The notes beneath the pieces are model-generated. The model was not told where the DNA came from and did no database searches. It was given only the letters and a program-made list of their open reading frames with translations. A DNA stretch of 62,738 bases, the filler included, from Bonamia ostreae (lineage: Eukaryota): NCBI GenBank assembly GCA_040357525.1. It is 12 parts of 12 records of this genome, joined end to end, with 100 filler letters (N's around TTAATTAATTAA, not from the genome) between each part and the next. Parts side by side here need not be neighbours in the genome. Positions count along the whole stretch, not along the records: positions 21,174 to 26,334 come from JBDODL010000223.1; positions 26,435 to 31,559 come from JBDODL010000224.1; positions 31,660 to 36,779 come from JBDODL010000225.1; positions 36,880 to 41,994 come from JBDODL010000226.1; 8 more parts are not named here. The stretch is one strand, 5' to 3'. Below are positions 25,169 to 38,061 of this stretch, piece by piece. The first letter of the stretch is position 1. The number at the start of each line of letters is the position of its first letter. The position numbers and the translations under genes were made by a program.

Positions 25169-25974
25169 ATGGACAGTGATCTGTGCATTCTCGTCGATCG
25201 ACAAGATCGCACTGTTGATTTTGCGGCTAAACGATTCTGTTTTTCCTTTCCAGTTAAACTCAGTCTAACGACAAAATGCAAAAAAATGCAGTTTGTTTGC
25301 CCGGCAACAACTGCAAAACTTTTATAGATTGTTTGGCTGCAACAAAAAAAATTAAAAGGTCACAAATCGGAAAATATAAAAAAAGGAGTTGCTCTGCACA
25401 GAGCTTTCAGTGTATTTTTATTCGACAGCCAAAACAGATTGCTGTTGCAGCGAAGGGCCGACCAAAAAATTACCTTTCCGGCACTTTGGACGAACAGCTG
25501 TTGTAGCCACCCACTCGCTTCTGAGAACGAAGACGGAGGCGAAACTTTCAGCGAAAAGTTGGAAGGCGTGAAAAGAGCCGCTTGCAGGAAGATGAAGCAA
25601 GAACTGGGGCTGCAAAGTTGTGTGTCGACGAAGGAGCTTGTTTTTGTAACGCGCATAATCTACTCTTCAGTCGAACAAGAATGGGGAGAGCACGAAGGTT
25701 CCAATTATGACATTTAGTCGATTACGTCCTCTTCATGAAGAAGGAATTGTCGATGGAGCCGAACTCGAGTGAGGTTGGGGAGGTGAAATTTGTAACTGCG
25801 TCCGAATTGCAAAAGGAGTTGAACAAAGATTCGGGCAGACACTTCACGCCATGGTTCAAATTTATCTCGAAGAAATTTCTGCTAAAGATGTGGGAGCGTC
25901 TCGATACGATACTGGCTGCAGGCGATAGTTCGGATCGCAAAATTCACCAAATGAACGCTCTCGAGCGCATTTAA
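25169..25974 (+). CDS. IDI1: Isopentenyl-diphosphate delta-isomerase type 1 (start uncertain, possibly 25078)
   Basis: CILVD, LHRAFSVFLF, LLLQRRADQKITFPALWTNSCCSHP, WGEHEVDYVL, FTPWFK. Confidence 0.93.
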
Positions 25975-26334
25975 AAAACATGGACCATTTTTGTATTTGC
26001 GATTCGATTTTCTGTTACTTGCAACAAAAACTGACGACTTCATTATCGATATCTGTCGTTTTGGATTTGACCATTACGTTATAAAACTTTTTCTAACTCG
26101 GCATGTTCCAAACTTTAGTGATATTGATCAGTCGGCGGTTTGAAAACCGTTTATTTCGAGTTCTCTGTTGTTCATCTGTTGCATTTTTTCAAAAATACAT
26201 TGCTCATATTCCTTCTTCTTGCCACTTTGAAAGCGCAAGACTTCAGTTGTCTAACAAAGATGCAAATAACTGAAATTATGTTAGTCCAAAATTGCCATTA
26301 ATTGCAGTTTTCTCAAAGAAGTTCAAATTCCTGC
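25975..26334 (-). CDS. Possible 3' exons of an unidentified convergent gene truncated by the contig end
   Basis: Two GTTTT...AG intron-like segments link the open frames QQRTRNKR-LEHAELEK-ISIMK. No family recognised. Confidence 0.25.
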
Positions 26335-26434
26335 NNNNNNNNNNNNNNNNNNNNNNNNNNNNNNNNNNNNNNNNNNNNTTAATTAATTAANNNNNNNNNN
26401 NNNNNNNNNNNNNNNNNNNNNNNNNNNNNNNNNN

Positions 26435-26670
26435 CCTCGTCTGGCCAAATTTTGCTGGTGGCGCTTGCCTTGAGTGTGCGCAAGATAGCTCCCGTCAGTT
26501 TGATGGATCGTAAGACATAATTTGCATTCGAAGGTGCCCAAGTGGTTTCGCATGAAATAAGGGTCGTTTTTTAGGTCCACTGTTTCCAGCGCCAATTTTC
26601 GCAGTCGCTCTTTTCTGTCTGCTTCAGATAAACTTGCGCTGGCTATTCCTCCGGATCCGGCTCTAGACAT
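26435..26670 (-). CDS. SF3A2: Splicing factor SF3a66/Prp11 (5' part)
   Basis: RKERLRKLALETVDLKNDPYFMRNHLGTFECKLCLTIHQTDGSYLAHTQGKRHQQNLARR, a U1C-type Zn finger. Confidence 0.95.
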
Positions 26671-26856
26671 TTTTACAATTTAGCCCGGACTTTATATGAG
26701 CTTTAAATAGATATATTGTTTTAAGAAATTTTAGAACATCGACTTGATTAATATCGATTAAAAGCAAAAATTACAAACTTTCGAAAAAATGAAAAAAAAA
26801 CAAAAATTTATGAATTTTAACAAAAATTGATAAACTTATAAACTTTTATAAGCTTT

Positions 26857-27249
26857 ATGAAGCTTTTATATATTTTATTGTTAATGGTAAACTTGCAGAT
26901 ATATTTCGTAAGATTGGCGGTTTCAGATGAAACCGACTTCGACGATGTTTCTGCAATGGACCAAAACGAACTTAAAAAAATGTTGAAAAAGCGCAAAAAA
27001 TCATTTGTTCAAAAAATGGCTTATAAAAGAAAACCAGAAATCGGCGATATTAACGATTTTGAATACAGAAACGACGTAAAAACAACACCAGATTCAGATT
27101 TGTCTGACGTCAAAACAATTAGCGAAGACGAAAAAGATTCCGTTATCGAAGAAAATGATAAACAGCACAAACTTTTCAATTCTCCAAGTTACATCAAACG
27201 AGCGCTGGACGAGGAAAATGCTCTTAATGATCAGATTAAATATATTTAA
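26857..27249 (+). CDS. Orphan small protein with predicted signal peptide
   Basis: Hydrophobic N-terminus MKLLYILLLMVNLQIYFVRLAVS followed by a charged body. Intact 130-aa ORF. Confidence 0.55.
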   Translation: MKLLYILLLMVNLQIYFVRLAVSDETDFDDVSAMDQNELKKMLKKRKKSFVQKMAYKRKPEIGDINDFEYRNDVKTTPDSDLSDVKTISEDEKDSVIEENDKQHKLFNSPSYIKRALDEENALNDQIKYI

Positions 27250-27369
27250 TTTTCAAATTTTTATTTGTTTTTTTTAAATCATTTCGCAAAAAAAGCAATT
27301 TCATAAATTTTCAAAAATAAATAAAAATTCGAAAATGCGTTTATAAACAAAACTTTTACTAATTTGAAA

Positions 27370-30300
27370 ATGGTTCTATTATTAATTATCCGATTAATCT
27401 CGAATTTTGATTTACAAAATTGCTTTACGACATCGATCGATTTTTATGGAACTGACGCTTTAGAAGAAAATTTTGATTTAAATGGGTCAGCGAAAAAATT
27501 AAATTCCTCTAAATTAAATTTTATTCAATTTGAGAATGAAAGTTCGAAATCAAATAGCAACAACCCGTTAGTTGTAACAATGTTTATTGAAAACATTTCA
27601 AATTCACTGATATTCGAAGATTCGGAACATATTTTTTCCGAAAAAACGAATTTAAAGAAAAAACTTTTAAAAAATTGTCGATTTCCGTTGCCAATAAAAT
27701 ATTATCAAAAAAAATTTGCAAAAAATAAAAAAATCGATCTTTTACACAGTTCTTGTCGTCCTTTTTTCGATCGTTGCGAAGGTTTTTAAATTGGGATCAA
27801 ATTAAAAGAATATAAAGGACTACATGGAAATGTTTATCGTTGGAATCTGATTAAAGGACAAGAGAAAATATGTACTGTTAATGACAGAAAAAATTTATCC
27901 GTCCATGTGACAAAAAATGTTTCTTTTTGGACATGTGAACAGTACGATTACGACTATAGAGAATTTCTGAATTTAAATAGCGTTCGAAAAAAAGAAAACT
28001 GTGACAAAAGCGAAAATTGCCCAATTTTATCGGCGAAAGAAAAGGATAAAATTTTGAAAAAGAAACGCAAACTGGTCTATACAAACAATTATTTTGATGA
28101 GAAACATGTTGTTTCAAGTTCGAAATGTCGCACAAGTTATGTGCGCAAAAATCTGCCAGTTTTTGGAGATGATCCTTATTGTCTTTTGAGATTTTCTACC
28201 TCTAAAACAAAGAAGCGTTTGTTAACAGTCAGATTTGGCATAAAGTATGCAAAAATGGAAAAATTTTTTAAAAAAGATTTGTTTTACAAAGATTTCAAAC
28301 AGTTCAAAAACAATAGTTTGGAAGTCGGTGCCCTGAAACTTGATTTTAACATAAAAAATATTTATGTTTAATAAAATTAATAAAAGAATAAAATGGTAAT
28401 GAGAAATTTTGAGGATTCGTTAAATTTGTTTGATATCAATGATCAAAAAGTTTTACATTGTTCTCCTTTTCCGAACATTCAAGGTTTCTATAATTTAAAT
28501 TTTTAAAATAGCAAAAAATTTAAAATTGTAATATTTTAAAATTAAAAAGATTGCAAAAAAAACTTCAAATTGAATTTGTCTAAAAACGGATTGAAAGCTG
28601 AATTAGTAAACAAAAGTAAAAAATTTTATTACAGAATTAAATTGAACAATTTGAAGAAAAATGTGGATTTTAGTCTTAAAATGAATCTAGTTTTTATTGA
28701 TTTTTGTAATTAAATAAATTTTTTTCCTTCATTTGTAATTTTTTTACATAAATTCTGTCAAAAAGTCGTAATTGTGCATTTAAACGACGATCAAAAACTC
28801 AAAAAATATAATTTAAAAATTTGAACAAAAAGAATGAATCTCTGTTCAAATTATTAAACAATGACGAAAATGATGTGAATATGAGATCATTATCATTTTA
28901 CAAAAACATAAATTTGAACAGTTTAGAACTCCATTTCATCGGCCAAACAACAAAGAGCAAAAAGTTCCCAGTTTACATTTCTATTCGTTTATTCGAGAAT
29001 CTGAGAGCAAATTCTGAAAGTAGCAGAAAAAACCACTATTTTCTGATAAAACAGAAGCGATTTCATATTGTGTTGAAGATATTTGATCTCAAAACTTCAA
29101 ACAAACACGTTTTAGTGCGTTTTTCTGATGCGAAAAAATTTTTCTTTTTTAGAGTCGATACGACACGCGTCGACAAATTCAATTTTACCGACTTTTACGA
29201 ACCTGGTAAAGTTTACGAATTGAAGTTATTTGTAAATGGTTCCAAAAAGCTAGTTATGTACTTCGTTTTGCCTTTGAGTATTATTGTCATCGTTGCGTTG
29301 ATTGTTACAATTTTGGTTGTTCTCACAAGCAAATATAAAAGAAAATCTTTTATTTTGTATGAGAAGAATAAAAGTGATTTGGAAACTAAAGAGTACTTAA
29401 TCGATCTTATAAAGTTCAAATTATAATTATTAGAATTTAAATTTTAATTCGATCACATTTATTCAAAATTAGAAAATTTAGTTCGATCACATTTATTCAA
29501 AATTAGAAAATTTTAATTCGATCACATTTATTCAAAATTAGAAAATTTTAATTCGATCACATTTATTCAAANNNNNNNNNNNNNNNNNNNNNNNNNNNNN
29601 NNNNNNNNNNNNNNNNNNNNNNNNNNNNNNNNNNNNNNNNNNNNNNNNNNNNNNNNNNNNNNNNNNNNNNNATTAAAAAATTTAGTTCGATCACATTTAT
29701 TCAAAATTAGAAAATTTTATTCGATCACATTTATTCAAAATTAAAAAAAAGTAAAAAAGAAAATAAAAAATCGAAATGTTTTAGATGCGATTTTAGACAT
29801 TTTGTGATATTGTTTATATGTTTAGGCGTGACAATAAAATCTGTGTTTTTTACTTTATCGTTGTGGTTCAAAATATACCAGATAATTACAGAAGACGACA
29901 TAAAAATTCTACAAAATTTCAGGCATTTTTACAGCGAAGTTGACGGTGTTGTAAGCGAAACAACATTAGAAATGAAGAAATTTTACGAAAACGAAATTTC
30001 TAGACAAAATAATCATTCGATCGCTCTTAAAAATTTAAACGATGAAAAAATGGCTTTGTTTTATGAAAAAATTGATGCGGAAAAACTCAATATTTTGAAT
30101 TTGTACAAGTTTTTATTTTTGCAACTTAAAATTTCTTACAGATTCGAAGAAAAGGGAAAGATGATCGAAAAAAAGAACGACGAAATAAATTTGTTGTTAA
30201 GTCAAAACAATGGAAATATCGATTATTTGAAGGAAATGAATTACTATCAATCCCAATTTGACCTTTTGAAGGAGATACAAACTGGACGAAATGATCTTGT

Positions 30301-31405
30301 TAAAAATCTGACGGCAATTTCGCCGATAAGTTATCCAAACACAACAATTTTAAAAACTAAAAAAAGTGCGTTCTTCAAAAGGAAAATGAGCACTTTCCAA
30401 ACCGAAAATTCTCCAGGATTAATTAAACCTTCTTTCGTTTTCGAAAGTGAAAAAATTTTGTCTAAAATCCCAATTCCCGATCTAAGTGCACTTTCTTTTC
30501 TTGTAATTTCTGATTCTATTTTATGGATAATTAAGAGTTTTAGAGTTATCGAGACGTATATCAAATATAAAAAAGATTTTTTAATTAAAGCGATATTTTT
30601 CAATTTCGTCGATTTGTCTACAATAAAAATCGATATTTAAAAAATTAATTTTTACGAGTTAAAGAGGTCTACAGAAAAAAAGAAGGAAGAGAAAAATTAT
30701 TGAAAAAGAAGGAAAAGGCGGAAATGCTGAAAACATTATTTTTGTCGCAAACTTTTACTTATTATTTGACATTAATTGTCGTTTTAATTAATGTCGCTAT
30801 TTTTGGATTTTTATTGGTTAATCATGTTATCAGAGTGGACACTTTAGAAAAAATTGGTGTCTATGACGCAATCGTTAAAAAATTTGTTCTAAAATAATAA
30901 AATCTTTGTTCAATTAACAATGTTAATTTAAATTGAAGATGGGACGACATGACTTTGAAGTAGAATTGACTAACAAAAGAATTTTATTAAATTACAAAAA
31001 ATTGCAATTAGAAAAGAAGAAAGAGAAAAAAGACCAAATTGAACGCGAAAAAAATTTAATCGTTGATTTACATCTTTTTGACAAAGAAAATGTTTTTATA
31101 AAATATCGAAAATTGATTTTTATAACTAAAATGTTTTGTAAAAGAAAATAATTAAAAACGATATTTTGTAAAAAAAATATTTTTATTGATCGATTAAAAA
31201 GAGAAAGAAAAATTGGGAATTGAAAAATTTGTTTTGTGATAAAGCGATTACGTTAAAATGCGTTAAAAAAGAAGGAAAATATATAAAACGAAATTCAGTT
31301 ATTAATTGCAAAAAAGAAATGCATTTTGAATTCGCTAAAAACAAATCAAAATTTAGAAATCTCTGTAAACTAAATGATTTTAAAAACGTTTTTGAAAAAT
31401 TTTAA
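27370..31405 (+). CDS. Orphan multi-exon membrane protein with large N-terminal Cys-containing domain and ~4 TM segments
   Basis: ORFs 27364, 27907, 28821, 29804, 30700, 30933 and 31220 appear linkable by GT-AG introns, including a phase-2 intron spanning the 29.4-29.8 kb repeat/gap. TM-like stretches LVMYFVLPLSIIVIVALIVTILVVL, FVILFICLGVTIKSVFFTLSLWF, YYLTLIVVLINVAIFGFLLV. Could be two genes. Confidence 0.5.
29444..29742. repeat. ~33-bp tandem repeat (TTCGATCACATTTATTCAAAATTAGAAAATTT) around an assembly gap, probably intronic
   Basis: At least 6 copies visible flanking the N-run. Confidence 0.9.
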
Positions 31406-31559
31406 TTTGAAAAGCGATTTAATTATCAAAATTTTTGCCATTTTTAAACAAAAATTTTAATTTGAAAAGCGATTTAATTATCAAAATTTTTGCCATTTTT
31501 AAACAAAAATTTTAATTTGAAAAGCGATTTAATTATCAAAATTTTTGCCATTTTTAAAC
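31400..31559. repeat. ~55-bp tandem repeat x3 at contig end
   Basis: TTTAATTTGAAAAGCGATTTAATTATCAAAATTTTTGCCATTTTTAAAC repeated three times. Confidence 0.9.
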
Positions 31560-31659
31560 NNNNNNNNNNNNNNNNNNNNNNNNNNNNNNNNNNNNNNNNN
31601 NNNTTAATTAATTAANNNNNNNNNNNNNNNNNNNNNNNNNNNNNNNNNNNNNNNNNNNN

Positions 31660-34251
31660 TTTTGCCCATCAAAATAATCGTTCTCGCAGCCAAAACGCGA
31701 CATTTGTAAAAATAGTCGTCGCTTTTGAGCACTTGAAGCAATAGTTGGATTGCTTGCAGTGCGAACGGAGAGTTTTGTTGAATGTTTGCGAGAGCAGAGA
31801 TCGCTTCGCAATTCGCTTTGATATCGTTTGTGGGTTCGAGGAGTTTCACAATTGTTACCAAATCGCCAAATTTTTGTTTTGCCAAGAATATCCATTCGTA
31901 GCGGGGATCTAATCGTAGCCATTTTAGTGCTCTTTTTAGTTTTTTTTTAAATTTTTAGAAGAATTTTGTCGTTTTTTTAATTTCAAAATTTTGACGATTT
32001 TAAGAAAATTTTGTTGTTGTTTTTAATTTCAAAATTTTGACGTTTTTAAGAAAATTTTGATGTTGTTTTTTTTTAAATTTTCTCGATTTTTAGAAGAATT
32101 TTGCCGTTTTTTTTAATTTGCAAAATTTTGACGTTTTTAAGAAAATTTTGACGTTTTTTTTTTAAATTGCAAAATTTTGTAAAAATTAATAAAAACGTAA
32201 AATTTTCACCATCGACATTCTTCTGAACAGATCCTCCACATTGAATTCGAAACTATCGAAAACTAAATTTAAAAAACATTAGAAATCGGCGAATTCGAAA
32301 TGGCAATCGATTTATCTAATTTCGATAATGTTATTCTTCTTATTCCGAGTTGATTTTCTTCGAAAACAACGACCGGTTTTGCCAAAGTCTAAAATTTGTC
32401 ATTTTTAAAAATCTTCAAAACTTTAGAAAAGCTAAAATCTTTTTGCAGAACATTTTTGGACACATTTTCCATTTTCAGGCCGACGACTCTTTTCCTCGAA
32501 TCGAAAGAGATATCGACCATATAAACTGGGACGTTGTTGTTATAGATATAATTATCAAATACCTTTTGTATTGTTACAATTGTCTTACTTAAAATGATTT
32601 TTTTACTACTTTTCACTTTGTTACAATTATTTGGAAAAATGTATTTTCATTGTTGCTACTTTTCAAATTTAAAACGTCTTTAATTTGTCGAGAAGGCACT
32701 TTGGATATCAAATTTTGCTCAAATTTTTCCGTTTTTACGATTTCATTGGACAGAGCAAGTCCCTTAAAAAAGCTTTTAAACTCCGTTTTCCCGATAATAA
32801 TTTCAATTAAACTTAAAATCAAAAATCCTTTTTTTCTTATTCTTTTTTCAAGATTTTTATCAAAATTGGAAAGTTTTGTTTTATTGGAATTGGACAATGA
32901 ATGATGGACATAATCGTTCTTCCAATCAAATCGACTTGAAAACTTCCGATATTCGCAAAAATTTGGTCCGAATTCATCTGCTATAAAAAGTGAACGAAGG
33001 TATTCGCTTAAAGCGAGGGATATCCATTGATCGGAAGAAGGAGGAAATATTTTTTGGCACCAATTTTTGGCTATTGCCAAAGCTATGTTTTTTCTGGACG
33101 AGAAAACTAAATCGATGTCTTTTTCAGAGTAGAGATATTTGCTGTCCAAAACAATTAGTTTGTGACAATTTGTAATTGGATTTACCGATTTATCAACGAA
33201 GCACTATTTTTGAAGTTTTTAAATCGAAGAATTTTGAAAATTTTTGCAATTTCAAGAAAAGCGACAAATATTTTTGCAATTTAATCAAAAACGACAAAAT
33301 ATTCAAATTTTTGTAATTTCAACAAAAATAAAAAATAGTTTTAACAAAATTTTTAGAAAAAACAAAATATTGTCGATCAAAAGGATATTCTGTACACAAA
33401 AAATCTTCATAAACGGCAATTGCCCGCTTAACAAATTTAAAGCTTTCTGGATTTATCGACTTTAAAATGGTCAATAAAACTTAAAAACTTTATTTTTTGG
33501 ATAAACGAATAAAAATTCTGTTTTTTCGTGAACGAAAAAATATTGTTCAAAATCTCCGCAAACGAACCTTATTTTATTGTAATCAAAGTTATTATTAAAA
33601 TTCGAGGAAAAGCTAAAATTTGTCATCTTTTTCGCTTTTCGTTTTTGTGCTGTTTTTTCTCCGTTAAAAACAACAATGTTTTCATCGTCACAACTAAAAT
33701 TCAAACAAAATTTTTTCATCGACTTCTCATTTTCAATTTTTGGGATCCAATTGGAATTGTAACTTAAGATTTCTAAACGTGAAATTTTAAACGGAAATTG
33801 GGTTTTGGCTCAACTTTTAATCCGACGTCGTTTTTGCATTTTGCCAAATTAATCGAATAAACGATATCTAATTCAATTTGAGCCAAATTGCAATCTGATT
33901 TTGGGATGTTTATTAACAGATTGCCTTCTTTTCTTTTCTCTAGAATTTTTGTAAAAGCCTTCTATCAATTAAAGTTGGAACTTGAACTTCCGCAAAATTT
34001 TGCAGTTGTGTTTTCGCAAGAATTTTTTTATTGTTTAAAATTTTGTAGTCGTTTTTATTGTTTAGAAAAGTTTTGTTCACAAAGATTTTTTCAATTTTAA
34101 TCGATTTGTTGCTGAAATTAAGTCTTATCGAATTTTGGTCTTTTTCTGTTTTAGCCGTTTTGGATTTAAGGCGCATCCAGGAATTGAACCGAATAGAATT
34201 GTCAAATGTTCTAATTTCAAGTTTTTGTTCTTCTATTAGAAAACCGGACAT
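31660..34251 (-). CDS. TAF2: TFIID subunit TAF2 (aminopeptidase-like fold; 3' truncated)
   Basis: YEDFLCTEYPF, YLYSEKDID, SDQWISLALSEYL, KWLRLDPRYEW, DIKANCEAISAL and YFYKCRVLAA match TAF2 blocks. Confidence 0.75.
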
Positions 34252-34396
34252 AGCTACTAATATAATCGGCGCTTAAAAGCTAATATATTAAAAGTTATTT
34301 TATAGAAATTACTTAATATTTAAGTGAGCTTTAATAATGGAGATATTGAATATTAAGTACATATTTTTGTTTTTAAGAAATCTTTATGAATAAAAT

Positions 34397-34948
34397 TTAT
34401 TCACCAAAAAAGCGTTTAAGAAGGTCGTTAAAGCTTTCGTTAAAATGGTGAAAGAAATCAAGATTTTGGCTAGAATCGGTTTCATCAGGAAAATTACTTT
34501 CGTTTGTGATTATTTTTCCGTTTTCGATGACAATTTTTCTGTGAAATGTTTTGCCGTTTATTGTTCTGGTTTCTTCGTTCATTCTGAAATCCGCTTCGTC
34601 GTTGCTAACAATTTTACTCTCTTTCGCTCTAAATGAGTCGACTGTTCTTTTTGGGCCAAAATCGTCTGTTTTTCTCGTTTTTGGGGTTTCGGCTAATCGG
34701 TCTATGCTCTGAAAAGCCTTTTCAATTTGTCTTTCGTTCATTTTTGCTAAAAATTTTAGATGGTTAAAAGTGTCTTCTTGGTTGTCGTCCCAAAACTTTT
34801 TCTGAGAATCGATTGGTTTTGTTTCCGTCTTTTCCATTTTGTTGCGTAGTCTATCGCAGACATTGTTGAACATTGGCAAATTGCAGACAAAATTGGTAAA
34901 GCGCTCTGTCAAACTAAAATCGTAAAGGAAGGAAACCCGGGAGGACAA
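34397..34948 (-). CDS. Hypothetical protein (start uncertain)
   Basis: 183-aa open frame, no recognised motif. Confidence 0.45.
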   Translation of the reverse strand: MSSRVSFLYDFSLTERFTNFVCNLPMFNNVCDRLRNKMEKTETKPIDSQKKFWDDNQEDTFNHLKFLAKMNERQIEKAFQSIDRLAETPKTRKTDDFGPKRTVDSFRAKESKIVSNDEADFRMNEETRTINGKTFHRKIVIENGKIITNESNFPDETDSSQNLDFFHHFNESFNDLLKRFFGE

Positions 34949-35128
34949 TCATTGCAACGTTTTTTGGGATTTTGATCCGACATTTTCGTTGTGCTGATTA
35001 TATGACTTTTGTTTAAAATTTTGATTTCCAAATTTTGGAATGTCGCAAAAATAAAATCTGAGATTTTAACTTATCTTTATTTGGTTTGCAAAAATATTAA
35101 TGTTCAACTTTAAATTTTACAAAAATAT

Positions 35129-35362
35129 TTATCTTTTAAGCGCAGTTTCGTATGCACTAGCGATGTTAGCAATTCTCCAAAGATATTTGAGATTCTCATT
35201 TATTCTTTTTTGGTATTCCAAGGCTCCGTAAAAATCTCTTTTTTCTTGATGTTCTTTGACAATTTGTAATAAAAGTCGATTTTCCTCCAAATATGAATCG
35301 ATGGTTGTTTTGTCTAAAACTGTTTTTGACATTAGCTGCGCCCTGTTATCCTTTTTGCCCAT
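35129..35362 (-). CDS. SSXT/SS18 N-terminal domain protein (SS18L2/GIF-like)
   Basis: TIDSYLEENRLLLQIVKEHQ...EYQKRINENLKYLWRIAN matches SSXT IQKMLDENHHLIQCI...YQQMLHTNLVYLATIAD. Confidence 0.8.
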   Translation of the reverse strand: MGKKDNRAQLMSKTVLDKTTIDSYLEENRLLLQIVKEHQEKRDFYGALEYQKRINENLKYLWRIANIASAYETALKR

Positions 35363-35588
35363 TTCTATCTAATTCTTATAAGATTTTTCAGTTAAAGATT
35401 AAAATTTTCAGTTAATTTTTGTTTTATTGGACGATTTTTGTCGTTTTCTAATATTTCGTCGTTTTACAATATTTTGTCGTTTTCCCATGTTATCAACATT
35501 TTCGAAAAGATAAATCGCTTTCCAAAATTTTTAAATTTCTAAAACCTTTAAAAAGACAGAAAATTTACATTACGATTTATTTTACATT

Positions 35589-36705
35589 TTAAGTTTTCAA
35601 CTCTCTTTTTGAAGGAGGAACCATTTCGAGAGGCAGCTTTCCTTCCATTGACGGACCGTTTCCCGCTTTAAACAATTCTACGAGATGCATGCAAACCGCA
35701 AATTCGTCTCGGTCCTAAATTTTTCCGAATTAGCAAAATTAGAAAAAGCAGATAAAAACGAGAGCTCGATCTCCGTCCATATCGCTCCATTCCCATATTC
35801 GGCGTAAAGCTTTCATCGGAAGATTAGATTCCGACATAATGTTTTTCGCTTTTTTGCCGGGAATTTTGGAGCCATCCTTGCTAACTTTGTCAAATAGGCT
35901 GTCAAAACGTGATTTCAACGCACCTGATATCACCCATCCTTTCTGTTTGTACAGTTCGTTTCCGTTGTGCTCCGTTTCTTCGTTGATGAGAATGTATTCT
36001 CTGTCTTCTTCGGGATTGTCTGAACAACAGAAGATTTCTTCTTTGTCGATGACTTGCAAATTTTTTTTCGAATTGAGATGTTTCGGAAGACTGCCCAGTA
36101 TTTGCGGAATATCTTAATTTTTGATTGTAAACTTTCAGAAAGGGCCACTTCCAAGCGCTGAATAGCTTTCTTCGTCAGCTTTTTAAACGAAGACAATTCG
36201 ACTGTTTCGAGTGCACTCCGAAATTGCAGAACATTCGGAAAGTCTCCCCGCGGCAGCCCATATTTGTCCATGACTTCTTCGAACTCGACTTTGAGGTTCC
36301 TTTGGATCTTTTTCTGCTTTTTCGCTTTCCCGAAGAAGCCAATTTTCTCTCTTAAATGAGAGATCAACAGTGCGTGTATCCTCACCATTTTCGCGCGTTT
36401 TACGAGTTCGTTGATTTTGCGCACCATCGAAAAACGCGGCAAAGAACGAAGGTCGGCGATCAAGTCGGATTCTTCTGCTTCGAACAATTCTGCGCAGGTT
36501 TTCTCTAGGAATTGCTGATCCCAGAACGATCCGATATAAATGCGAGGCACTTCCGGCGTTTTCACGGTTTTCCCGAGGCTCCACATCAATGCTCCGTAAA
36601 CGCGCATTAGTTGCTGACTTGTCACACAATCTGCTTTGTTTAGAATGCATCTTATTTTGTCGTCATGACCTTTTAGTGCATAAATGGCTTCTTTCATCTC
36701 ATCTT
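35589..36705 (-). CDS. EH-domain dynamin-like ATPase EHD/RME-1 (5' truncated)
   Basis: DEMKEAI...HDDKIRCILNKAD...QLMRVYGALMWSLGK...TPEVPRIYIGSFWD, then EH domain LRRIWEWSDMDGDRAL-DRDEFAVCMHL. Confidence 0.93.
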
Positions 36706-36954
36706 CAGTTTTTTAAAGTTTATCAAAAAAGCCATTAATCGCAACATTAAAAAATATTGCAATTTTTGAAATATCTAAANNNNNNNNNNNNNNNNNNNNN
36801 NNNNNNNNNNNNNNNNNNNNNNNTTAATTAATTAANNNNNNNNNNNNNNNNNNNNNNNNNNNNNNNNNNNNNNNNNNNNGCCAAAAATGTTAAAATTTTA
36901 GATAAAAATCTTTCTTATACCGCGAATAGCTAAAACATCTGGGCAATTTAATCG

Positions 36955-37985
36955 ATGACCAGACATTCCAAAAACAACACATCTCTCGGATATTTTACAA
37001 AAGCCGAGAAAGATAAGCTCAAAAAGGATTATGGCACCATTGAAGCCCGTCTCGACAAGCGATCCATTAAAAACTTTTGCGATTGCGGGATTTGCTTAAA
37101 AACGGCCATTAATCCGTTGTGCTGGTTTGAACCATTTTTATCACAAATAAAAATACATCAAAACGGCCATTAAAATAGCAACGAAGGCCATATTTTTTGT
37201 CGAGAATGCATTCTAAAAAACATTCTGGCGCAAAGGAAGAGCCACAAAAACTTGAAAATGGCGTATAAAAATCACAAAGCGTCACTTAAAGTTGAAATCG
37301 ATAAACAAAATTTAAAAGAACAAACAAAACATCGAAATCGAGAAAGCGAAAACGGAAGCGCTAAAAACTTTCGAAAAAACGAACAACACTTTAAATTTCG
37401 CAGATTCGAATTCGCAACTTGAAGTCGAAACGAAAAGTCTCGAAAACGAATATGACTCTTCAGTTTGGGGCCTCCGAGTTGTTATAATTTTGAAATTTGC
37501 AAAATTGCTTTTTTATCCCAAAAACACAACAAAGAAAACGCCCGAAAACAAAATCAGACAAATAAAAAAACCGAATAAACTTAAAATAATTTGCCCAAGA
37601 AAGCAAAAAACGAGCGAAAACACAAAAATGGGCACTTTAGATCATCAAATAAGTTTTAAAAAATTGGCAAAAATTTCGTTTCTACTAAAAAATGGCGAGA
37701 TTTGGTGCAAAATCTGCGATAGGAAAATTAACAACAATTGCCAAACTGTGGCTTTGGTCGACTGTGGACATGTTTTTTGCCAAAAATGCGTCGAAAAAGC
37801 ATTAAAAAACGTTTTGTTTGGTAACTTAAAAAGTCCAAAATTTGCATTGAATGCGAAGAAAAGTTTAAGAAATATCAAAAATTGGAGAAAGGAGGTTTTG
37901 TCATTATTTTTTTTAAGGAAGCGGATTTGCGGCGCATGGAAATAATATTGAAGCGAAGAAATATAGTCAGCCATTTATATCTTGA
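36955..37985 (+). CDS. NOSIP: NOS-interacting protein / RING-type spliceosomal protein
   Basis: MTRHSKNNT...YGTIEARL...CGICL...GHIFCRECILKNIL, C-terminal RING CGHVFCQKCV, GGSGFAAHG. Five GT-AG introns. Confidence 0.9.
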
Positions 37986-38061
37986 TTAAATTTTTTGCAG
38001 TTCAATATTGTACATTTCATGTTTAAATATTTTGAATTTGATCAAAATGACATTTTCATAT

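Noticed and set aside
29444-29742. CRISPR-like ~33-bp repeats
   Set aside because: Units are directly adjacent with no unique spacers, there are no cas genes, and the context is eukaryotic and intronic.
33379-33388. Second ATATCCTTTT (minus strand) in TAF2, a possible U12 donor
   Set aside because: It encodes E-Y-P-F of the conserved TAF2 YP(F/Y) block, and a normal GT-AG intron follows a few codons later.
36706-36779. LDIS-coding bases upstream of the EHD DEMKE exon without a GT donor
   Set aside because: It lies at the very end of a contig, the preceding base does not fit the expected Lys codon, and it may be AT-rich intron sequence. It cannot support a non-canonical splice claim.
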